Origin: a virus
Taxonomy: Duplodnaviria > Heunggongvirae > Uroviricota > Caudoviricetes
Virus record (IMG/VR): IMGVR_UViG_2526164634_000015
Location: 1-13,468 of that record
Reading direction: 5' to 3' (one strand)
Length of the DNA stretch: 13,468 nucleotides
In this document: positions 1 through 6,268 of the stretch, in pieces
Numbering within the stretch: the first letter of the stretch is position 1
Layout: every line of letters starts with the position of its first letter
Made by a program: the position numbers and the translations under genes
The notes under the pieces: model-generated
The model's database searches: none
What the model was told of the DNA's origin: nothing
What the model saw: only the letters and a program-made list of their open reading frames with translations

Positions 1-317
1 TCGTTGCCGGCGTTACCGATATGTGTAAATCCTTCAACGGACTGGGAGAACAGGTACAACATGTGCTGAATGATAATCCCTTCTCCGGTCACCTGTTTAT
101 CTTCCGTGGCCGACGGGGGGACACCGTTAAAATTCTTTGGGCTGATGCTGATGGTCTGTGCCTGTTCACCAAACGCCTGGAGGAAGGCCAGTTTATCTGG
201 CCTGCGGTGCGTGACGGTAAGGTATCCATTACCCGCTCGCAACTGGCAATGCTCCTCGATAAGCTGGACTGGCGTCAGCCAAAAACATCCCGCCTTAACG
301 CCCTGACAATGTTGTAA
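1..317 (+). CDS. tnpB: IS66-family accessory protein TnpB (orf2), 5'-partial at window edge
   Basis: Translation ...VAGVTDMCKSFNGLGEQVQHVLNDNPFSGHLFIFRGRRGD...LCLFTKRLEEGQFIWP aligns along its length with the second TnpB copy at 1963-2310 (roughly 65% identical by eye); the reading frame is open back to base 1. Confidence 0.85.
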   Translation, partial: VAGVTDMCKSFNGLGEQVQHVLNDNPFSGHLFIFRGRRGDTVKILWADADGLCLFTKRLEEGQFIWPAVRDGKVSITRSQLAMLLDKLDWRQPKTSRLNALTML

Positions 318-341
318 AAAACACCTGGCCGCATTATAAAA
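1..341 (+). mobile_element. Truncated IS66-family element: 3' part of tnpB only, no orf3 and no terminal repeat; ends where the next IS begins
   Basis: TnpB-like ORF runs in frame from the window edge to a stop at 317; only 24 bp follow before the GTAA terminus of the adjacent element at 342. The expected downstream transposase gene is absent. Confidence 0.6.
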
Positions 342-363
342 GTAAGCGGCTCGTCAGAACCGT
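342..363. repeat. Terminal inverted repeat of the IS66-family element (transposase-proximal end)
   Basis: Begins 5'-GTAAGCG, the start I recall as typical of IS66-family termini; pairs with 3019-3040. Confidence 0.7.
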
Positions 364-371
364 ATTGATAT

Positions 372-1943
372 TTACTGAGAGCTCAGATCAACTTTCCAGG
401 GCAACAGATCGCGTACCCGGTTTGCCGGCCAGTCCTGGATATGTTCAATGACGTAGCGCAGCCACTTTTCTGGCTCCACATTGTTCAGACGGCATGTGCC
501 GATCAGCGAGTACAACACCGCCGCATGTTCACCATCGCTGTCGGAACCCGCGAACATCCAGTTTTTCCGGCCTACGGCCACTCCCCGTAAGGCGTTCTCT
601 GCGATGTTGTTGTCGATTTCCACCCAGCCATTACTGCAGTACACGTTCAGTGCATCCCACTGTTTCAGCAGGTATGCGAACGCTTTTGCCGTATCTGAGT
701 GACGCGACAGTGTTTTCATCTGTTGCTGTATCCAGTCATACAGTGACTGCATCAGTGGCGCGGCTCTGGTTTTTCTTGCCGCCAGACGCTGTTCTGCTGA
801 ACAGCCCCGGACCTCTGCCTCGATGGCATACAGTTCACCGATACGCTGCAGGGCTTCCGTGGTGATGTCGGTGGGCGCTCTTGCATGCACATCGTGGATT
901 TTTCTCCGGGCATGAGCCATACACGCGGCTTCCGTTATTCTGCCGGATTCGTATAACGCCCGGTAACCACCGTAAGCATCGGCCTGAAGCACACCGCTGT
1001 AACCGGCCAGGTGATTTTGTGGATGGATACCTTTCCGGTCCGGACTGTACGCGAACCAGACCGCCGGGGGCATCTGTGAACCGGCGTTACGGTCATCACG
1101 GACGTAGACCCACAGCCGGGCTGTCCGGGTTTACCGCTGCCCGGCTCCTGGACCGGGACGGGGATATCATCAGCATGGACTTTACCGGGCATCAGCACAT
1201 ACTGGCGCAGGACGTCATACTGCGGCTCCAGTAGTTCAGCAACGGCACCAGTCCAGCGCCCCAGTGTGGCACGGCTCAGCTCCACACCCTGACGGCGGTA
1301 TATCTCTGACTGGCGGTATAACGGCAGATGGTCTGCATATTTTCCGGTGACGACATGGGCCAGGAGCCCCGCTCCGGCATAACTGCGTGCAATGGGTTTT
1401 GAAGGCACCGGTGCCTGCACGATATGGTCGCACCGGCAACAGGCCAGTTTCGGACGTTGTGTTTCGATAACCTTAAAGGCGCTGCTGATAAGCTCCAGTT
1501 GCTCTGACACATCACATCCCAGAGAACTGAGTTCACCACCACAGGCAGGACAGCATTCCTCTTCCGGTCCGGATAACCCGGGTTTCACGGGGAAGTGAGG
1601 CCGGTAACGGTTTACGGGCTGAAGACTGGCGCAGGGCGGATGGCAGTACCGGGTCATATTGCTCACCCAGCGTTTCCGCCATTTCTTCCTGAAGTGCGCT
1701 GATTCGCTCCTGTGCTTCCTGTATCTGCCGTTCGGTTTTTGCACGAAGTTTTTCTGAGCTTTTACCGAACTGCATACGTTGCAGTTTCGCAACCAGCACC
1801 TTCAGCCGGTTGATTTCGGAAGCATAAGCCGCCACCCGCTGTGAGAGCAGGCGGTTGTATTCAGCCATCTGGCGTATGGTGTCCTGTTGCGTCTGCAACA
1901 GTGCCCGCAGGCGGGCGTTCTCATGAGCAAGTGAGGTGTCCAT
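372..1943 (-). pseudogene. tnpC: IS66-family transposase (orf3/TnpC) split over three reading frames by two single-base indels
   Basis: N-terminal leucine-zipper segment (ORF 1533-1943: MDTSLAHENARLRALLQ...), zinc-finger and middle segment (inside ORF 935-1792: PEEECCPACGGEL...[16 protein letters not shown]) and DDE C-terminal segment (ORF 372-1073: [15 protein letters not shown]...) are consecutive parts of one transposase in three frames. Frame switches lie near 1555-1580 and 1095-1130. Confidence 0.8.
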
Positions 1944-1962
1944 ATCCTCACTTTACAACGGG

Positions 1963-2310
1963 TTATATGCGGATTCCAGCGCGTTCCGTTCGTTTCGGGT
2001 GCTTCCAGTTGATACCTTCAAGAAGCATGGATAACTGAGCCGGAGTAAGGTGCACCTTGCCGTCACGGGTGACTGGCCAGACGAAGCGGCCCCGCTCCAG
2101 GCGTTTGGTGAAGAGGCACAGTCCGTCACTGTCAGCCCACAACACTTTTATCTGGTCACCCCGGCGTCCGCGGAAGATGAACAGGTGTCCGGAGAACGGG
2201 TCATCCTTCAGGACGTTCTGAACTTTTGATGCCAGGCCGTTAAAACCATTTCGCATATCGGTGATACCGGCAACCAGCCAGATACGCGAACCGGCAGGGA
2301 GAGATATCAT
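1963..2310 (-). CDS. tnpB: IS66-family accessory protein TnpB (orf2)
   Basis: 115-aa ORF MISLPAGSRIWLVAGITDMRNGFNGLASKVQNVLKDDPFSGHLFIFRGRRGD..., a recognisable IS66 Orf2; start overlaps the tnpA stop (ATGA). Confidence 0.9.
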   Translation of the reverse strand: MISLPAGSRIWLVAGITDMRNGFNGLASKVQNVLKDDPFSGHLFIFRGRRGDQIKVLWADSDGLCLFTKRLERGRFVWPVTRDGKVHLTPAQLSMLLEGINWKHPKRTERAGIRI

Positions 2311-2987
2311 CAGTGGCTGCTCCCTTTCATTTCGCGGATAAGTGTCTGTAATAACGCCGGCGTCAGTTTACCTTTAAGCCTGAGAGTTCCGGCCGGCAGA
2401 ATCAGCTCACAACACAGACTGTCGGACGGTGTATTTATCTGCTCTGGTTCCTGTGCGGGGGCCGGGATTTTATTATCCGGCTCCGGCGTTAACGTCACGG
2501 GAAGCAGTACCGGCATATTTTTTCCGGAAGGCAGCAGGCCACCTTTCCGGTATTGATGGCGCCAGTTGAAGAGCAGGTTATCGTTGATTCCGTTTTCCCG
2601 GGCGATCTGCGCCACACAGGCTCCGGGCTGCAGTGACTGCTCCACTAAGGCGATTTTAAACTCATAAGGGAAGTTGGGCCGCCGGGGACGTTTTTTTATC
2701 ACGGGGGCTTCGGATATAACGGTGTTTTCAGGACGTACGACTGGTACCGTGGAAAATTGTCCGTAAAGGCAGGCATCAAGTTCCTGCTCCGACATGCCTG
2801 CGGGCAAAGGCCACGAAAGGCCAGCTCTCCGAAAGCGCACGAACATATTACAAACTGTTGATTTTGGTACACCCAGGCGACGCCCGGCCACAACCCGGGG
2901 TAAATGTTCTTCAAAGTGAAGACGTAAAGCTTCAGTGATCCAGGTCCGGTGTTTCATACGATAGTGTCCATTAAAAATGATGGACAT
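2310..2987 (-). CDS. tnpA: IS66-family accessory protein TnpA (orf1), long form with two helix-turn-helix-like regions; true start may be an internal Met
   Basis: C-terminal half (RPRRPNFPYEFKIALVEQSLQPGACVAQIARENGINDNLLFNWRHQYRKGG) looks like an IS66 Orf1 / IS3-type HTH; lies inside the IS about 53 bp from the 3040 terminus and is coupled to tnpB. Confidence 0.75.
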   Translation of the reverse strand: MSIIFNGHYRMKHRTWITEALRLHFEEHLPRVVAGRRLGVPKSTVCNMFVRFRRAGLSWPLPAGMSEQELDACLYGQFSTVPVVRPENTVISEAPVIKKRPRRPNFPYEFKIALVEQSLQPGACVAQIARENGINDNLLFNWRHQYRKGGLLPSGKNMPVLLPVTLTPEPDNKIPAPAQEPEQINTPSDSLCCELILPAGTLRLKGKLTPALLQTLIREMKGSSH

Positions 2988-3018
2988 TATTTTTGTAGAG
3001 CCGGAGGAAACAGACCAG

Positions 3019-3040
3019 ACGGTTTAAATGAGCCGGTTAC
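3019..3040. repeat. Terminal inverted repeat of the IS66-family element (tnpA-proximal end)
   Basis: ...AGCCGGTTAC ends at 3040; its reverse complement starts GTAACCGGCTC and pairs with 342-363. Confidence 0.7.
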
Positions 3041-3051
3041 GATAAATATCC

Positions 3052-3585
3052 ATGAACACCAAAATCAAATACGGCCTGTCGGCTGCCGTTCTGGCGCTGA
3101 TTGCCGCTGGTGCGTCTGCGCCTGACATTCTCGATCAGTTTCTGGATGAAAAGGAAGGCAATCACACCACGGCATACCGTGATGGTGCAGGTATCTGGAC
3201 CATCTGCCGTGGTGCCATCATGGTGGATGGCAAACCTGTCGTTCCGGGCATGAAGTTGTCGAAGGAAAAATGCGACCAGGTTAACGCCATTGAGCGTGAT
3301 AAAGCGCTGGCGTGGGTGGAGAAAAACATCAAAGTGCCATTGAGCGAACCCCAGAAAGCGGGGATCGCGTCATTCTGTCCGTACAACATTGGTCCCGGTA
3401 AGTGTTTCCCGTCGACGTTTTATAAACGAATTAATGCAGGTGATCGCAGGGGAGCGTGTGAGGCGATTCGCTGGTGGATTAAGGACGGTGGCAGAGACTG
3501 CCGTATTCGTTCAAACAACTGCTACGGTCAGGTATCCCGTCGTGACCAGGAGAGCGCGCTGGCGTGCTGGGGTATCGACAGATAA
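3052..3585 (+). CDS. Phage endolysin, T4-lysozyme-like (GH24) with an N-terminal signal-anchor-release (SAR) type hydrophobic segment
   Basis: 177-aa ORF; N-terminus MNTKIKYGLSAAVLALIAAGASAP is a weakly hydrophobic Ala/Gly-rich segment; E-x8-D-x5-T catalytic spacing in EGNHTTAYRDGAGIWT; followed by Rz/Rz1 as in lambdoid lysis cassettes. Confidence 0.9.
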   Translation: MNTKIKYGLSAAVLALIAAGASAPDILDQFLDEKEGNHTTAYRDGAGIWTICRGAIMVDGKPVVPGMKLSKEKCDQVNAIERDKALAWVEKNIKVPLSEPQKAGIASFCPYNIGPGKCFPSTFYKRINAGDRRGACEAIRWWIKDGGRDCRIRSNNCYGQVSRRDQESALACWGIDR

Positions 3586-3675
3586 GCAGAATATTTTGCT
3601 GAAAAATAAAGCATGGCCACGCGGGCGGATAACATGAAATCCTGCGAACTGGCGAAACGTAAGTGAATAAAAGTA

Positions 3676-3712
3676 AAAACCCCGTTTGTTGGCACCAAGC
3701 GGGGTTTTGTGT
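3676..3712 (+). terminator. Intrinsic (rho-independent) terminator downstream of the endolysin gene
   Basis: AAAA-CCCCGTTTG-(loop)-CAAGCGGGG-TTTTGTGTTT: GC-rich stem of about 9 bp followed by a T-run, with an A-run upstream so it could act in both directions. Confidence 0.6.
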
Positions 3713-3744
3713 TTCCTGACTCCGGAAAAGTCAAAGGAGAAAGT

Positions 3745-3882
3745 GTGTTTGATTTTAGCAAACTGATTCGGGAGATTCGAGTGATGGCTGAAAAATTATC
3801 CACCTGGAAGTTCATTCTTATCTGGCTGGTGTTTGTGATTATGGCCTCCGGTTATTTCATCGGTCAGATACGCTGGTGGTGA
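3745..3882 (+). CDS. Small predicted single-pass membrane protein (45 aa from GTG 3745, or 32 aa from ATG 3784), stop overlapping the Rz start region
   Basis: AGGAG at 3734-3738 lies 6 nt before the GTG; translation [45 protein letters not shown] has one hydrophobic helix; its TGA (3880-3882) is 1 nt before the Rz ATG (3884). Too short to appear in the ORF track. Confidence 0.35.
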   Translation: MFDFSKLIREIRVMAEKLSTWKFILIWLVFVIMASGYFIGQIRWW

Positions 3883-3883
3883 A

Positions 3884-4348
3884 ATGAACCGCGTACTGTG
3901 CGTAGTCATCATTGCCCTGCTGGTGGCCTGTGGTGCGCTTAGTCTGGGGCTGAATCATTACCGTGATAACGCCATTACCTACAAAGCCCAGCGCGACAAA
4001 AATGTCAGAGAACTGAAGCTGGCGAACGCGGCAATTACTGACATGCAGATGCGTCAGCGTGATGTTGCTGCGCTCGATGCAAAATACACGAAGGAGTTAG
4101 CTGATGCGAAAGCTGAAAATGATGCTCTGCGTGATGATGTTGCCGCTGGTCGTCGTCGGTTGCACATCAAAGCAGTCTGTCAGTCAGTGCGTGAAGCCAC
4201 CACCGCCTCCGGCGTGGATAATGCAGCCTCCCCCCGACTGGCAGACACCGCTGAACGGGATTATTTCACCCTCAGAGCGCGACTGATAATAATGCAAAAA
4301 CAACTTGAAGGGGCACAGCTATACATTCGAGAGCAATGCCTCAGATAA
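3884..4348 (+). CDS. Rz: Spanin inner-membrane subunit Rz (i-spanin)
   Basis: 154 aa; N-terminal TM helix ([20 protein letters not shown]) then a charged coiled-coil-like region; contains the embedded Rz1 frame; follows the endolysin. Confidence 0.85.
   Translation: MNRVLCVVIIALLVACGALSLGLNHYRDNAITYKAQRDKNVRELKLANAAITDMQMRQRDVAALDAKYTKELADAKAENDALRDDVAAGRRRLHIKAVCQSVREATTASGVDNAASPRLADTAERDYFTLRARLIIMQKQLEGAQLYIREQCLR
4104..4286 (+). CDS. Rz1: Spanin outer-membrane lipoprotein subunit Rz1 (o-spanin), embedded in the +1 frame of Rz
   Basis: 60 aa; signal peptide with lipobox (LVVVGC) and Pro-rich mature part (PPPPPAW...PPPDW); entirely inside Rz in another frame, the classic Rz/Rz1 arrangement. 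Confidence 0.8.
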   Translation: MRKLKMMLCVMMLPLVVVGCTSKQSVSQCVKPPPPPAWIMQPPPDWQTPLNGIISPSERD

Positions 4349-4655
4349 AAACCGGCCAAGGATAATCCGCTGAAGATTCGCCGGTGGCTAAAGTGTGCCA
4401 AGAGTTCAATTTACGCAATTACTCCAGTCGATGCTATGCACCGTCTTTGTGAAGTCAATGGATACCTGATTTATTTCTGTGCGCTGTATCGTCGCTGTAC
4501 TCTTGCATTAATTATGACTGTAGCCTGACGGGGAACTCCTTCTGCACAAGTGTGGGGGAATAATCAAAAACGATGCACACCGGGGTTACCGGGTACACAT
4601 ATTTCATCATGCCAGCGAGTCCGGTTCTGGCACGGAAGAAACCGGACGTTATGAT

Positions 4656-5081
4656 TTAGTGCGGAAATATTTGTGTAGTGTTCTGAATGTTCTCAGTAAA
4701 GAGTAATGAATTATCAAAGGTATAGTAATACCTTTTGTTTTCGTGGATATTTGTAATCCATCTGAAAACCCCTGCTGTAGCAAGATTTTTCCTGTATTCG
4801 TAAAATGATAACTCTCCTGATTTGAATCCTTTTAAGGTGGCTTCTATAAGGCATTTATTTTTTGAAAATCTTACATTTACAACCTTACCCTGTCCTTTTA
4901 TTAAAACCGTATTATCGTTTTCAAGAACAAGATGAATATTCTCTGTGGCTAAATAGTAAATGTAATGTGAGACATTGTGACGTTTTAGTTCAGAATAAAA
5001 CCAGTGATAGTTTAAATTATTTCGCACTTTATCGAATATTTGTTTAAAAATGGCAACCTGAGCCATTGTAGTACCTTCCAT
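4656..5081 (-). CDS. AT-rich moron gene; hypothetical protein, tentatively DUF1398 family (YbcV/YdfO-like) from memory
   Basis: 141-aa ORF in a segment of about 33% GC (by eye), far below neighbouring phage genes; position between Rz1 and cos/terS matches where I recall ybcV/ydfO-like genes in E. coli K-12 cryptic prophages. Start may be the internal Met (MAQVAIF...). Confidence 0.6.
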   Translation of the reverse strand: MEGTTMAQVAIFKQIFDKVRNNLNYHWFYSELKRHNVSHYIYYLATENIHLVLENDNTVLIKGQGKVVNVRFSKNKCLIEATLKGFKSGELSFYEYRKNLATAGVFRWITNIHENKRYYYTFDNSLLFTENIQNTTQIFPH

Positions 5082-5123
5082 GTGATATGAGGGGGCGTAG
5101 TCTGCACGATTATCTAAATTGCT

Positions 5124-5357
5124 TCAATCTGGTCTGACCTGTTTTCTGAGCAATTCAGTAATGTCACTCTTTTCTTTGTTTGCTTCAGGCGAAACTCTTT
5201 TTACTGAGCACAGTCTCCGGCGGCAGGCTTCAATGACCCAGGCTGAGAAATTCCCGGACCCTTTTTGAACAAGAGCGATGTTAATTTGTTCAATCATCTG
5301 GTTTGGAAATCGGATGTTGCGGGTTGTTGTTCTGCGGGTTCTGTTCTTTGATGACAT
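5124..5357 (-). CDS. Small ribbon-helix-helix-like protein, tentatively DUF3950 family (YlcI/YnfO-like) from memory
   Basis: 77-aa ORF with a basic N-terminus followed by TRNIRFPNQMIEQINIALVQKGSGNFSAWVIEACRRRL, an RHH-like strand-helix-helix pattern; co-oriented 42 bp upstream of the 141-aa gene. Confidence 0.55.
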   Translation of the reverse strand: MSSKNRTRRTTTRNIRFPNQMIEQINIALVQKGSGNFSAWVIEACRRRLCSVKRVSPEANKEKSDITELLRKQVRPD

Positions 5358-5563
5358 AATGTTTCCCCATATTCAGTGTTGCTGATTTGTATTATCTGAA
5401 GTTGCTTTTACGTTAATTTGACGCAGATCAATCAATACGATACCTGCGTCATAATTGATTATTTCTCGTGGTTTGATGGCGTACACACATGTTGTGATAA
5501 ACCTTATATAGATGATAATCATTATCATTTCGTGGGTCCTTTCCGGCGATCCGGGCCGTTACG

Positions 5564-5575
5564 GGGCGGCGACCT
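5564..5575 (+). other. cosN cohesive-end sequence (12-nt GGGCGGCGACCT) of a lambda-type cos site
   Basis: 5358-5608 reads like the junction of the lambda right and left genome ends (...GATGATAATCATTATCA...CCGTTACG | GGGCGGCGACCT | CGCGGGTTTTCGCTATTTATGAAAATTTTCCGG) as I recall them, immediately upstream of the small terminase gene. Confidence 0.85.
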
Positions 5576-5758
5576 CGCGGGTTTTCGCTATTTATGAAAA
5601 TTTTCCGGGATCCATGTCCGGTTTCTCTTCAAGTTAACTATATGAAAAATATAAAAACAGGTCTTCTGTGAACCGGACATGAACAAAAAACAGACATGTA
5701 AACCGGACATGACCGGTTTTGTTGTGATTGTGAGGTGAGAGTTTTTGCGAGGTGAGGA
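5576..5758 (+). promoter_or_regulatory. cosB-like terminase binding region: one inverted and two direct copies of an AACCGGACATG motif flanking an A/T-rich candidate IHF site
   Basis: CATGTCCGGTT at 5613-5623 (inverted), AACCGGACATG at 5671-5681 and 5701-5711 (direct, 30 bp apart), A/T-rich stretch 5631-5660 between the inverted and direct copies; parallels the lambda R3-I1-R2-R1 layout with a different motif. Confidence 0.65.
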
Positions 5759-6268
5759 GTGGCTACGCAGACTGAAGTTGCCAGGCATTTAAGTCTGACC
5801 GATCGCCAGCTTCGCAGATTGCAGAAATTGCCGGGTGCCCCGATATCGAATAAGCGAGGGCAACTGGATCTGGATGCCTGGCGCGATTTTTACATATCGT
5901 ATCTGAGGAGAAGTAAAAACGATGTGCCTGATGGCGATAGCGAAGACGACTATGAGGAGAAATTGCTTATTGCCAGATGGGAACTGACAGCAGAACAGGC
6001 TGTTACACAGCAGTTAAAAAATGAGGTGTCAAAAGGAAAACTTATTGACACCGGGTTCTGTATTTTTGCCCTCAGTAAGCTGGCAATGGCGTTATCCAGT
6101 ACGCTTGATTCCATCCCTTTATCCATGCAGCGACAGTTTCCTGATTTAACACCGCGCCATCTTGACCATCTGAAAACCCTTATTGCGAAGGGGGCAAATC
6201 AGTGTGCGCGGGCAGGGGATAAATTACCGGATTTACTCGATGAATATATCAGAGCAACAACTGAATAA
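5759..6268 (+). CDS. Terminase small subunit (Nu1-like DNA-recognition subunit), GTG start
   Basis: 169 aa; N-terminal HTH-like TQTEVARHLSLTDRQLRRL; sits directly after cosB and overlaps the terL start by 29 nt, as Nu1/A do in lambda; GAGG 6-7 nt upstream of the GTG. Confidence 0.75.
   Translation: MATQTEVARHLSLTDRQLRRLQKLPGAPISNKRGQLDLDAWRDFYISYLRRSKNDVPDGDSEDDYEEKLLIARWELTAEQAVTQQLKNEVSKGKLIDTGFCIFALSKLAMALSSTLDSIPLSMQRQFPDLTPRHLDHLKTLIAKGANQCARAGDKLPDLLDEYIRATTE

Larger units (their letters stand above)
342..3040 (-). mobile_element. Complete IS66-family insertion sequence (about 2.7 kb) with imperfect terminal inverted repeats starting GTAA; transposase gene frameshifted
   Basis: Left terminus GTAAGCGGCTCGTCAGAACCGT (342-363) matches the reverse complement of 3019-3040 (GTAACCGGCTCATTTAAACCGT) at 17 of 22 positions. 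Gene order tnpA-tnpB-transposase on the minus strand is the IS66 arrangement. The 8-bp flanks (TTATAAAA vs GATAAATA) are not a direct repeat. Confidence 0.8.

Noticed and set aside
481-1598. Plus-strand ORFs (481-702, 494-865, 881-1234, 1392-1598) and minus-strand ORFs (1236-1439, 1276-1542) within the IS transposase region
   Set aside because: All overlap the transposase reading frames on the other strand or in other frames; none resembles a known IS66 product.
3635-3667. Micro-ORF ATGAAATCCTGC...TGA (about 10 codons) just after the endolysin
   Set aside because: Too short, no convincing RBS, and it ends inside the terminator approach; treated as noise.
3162-3815. ORFs 3162-3389 (-), 3389-3637 (+) and 3528-3815 (-) overlapping the endolysin gene and the following spacer
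   Set aside because: Off-frame or antisense to the endolysin; the minus-strand ORF runs through the terminator hairpin and small ORF region without an RBS.
5358-5450. Promoter for the minus-strand moron genes upstream of 5357
   Set aside because: A GATAAT -10-like hexamer exists on the minus strand but no convincingly spaced -35 element; too weak to annotate without transcript data.
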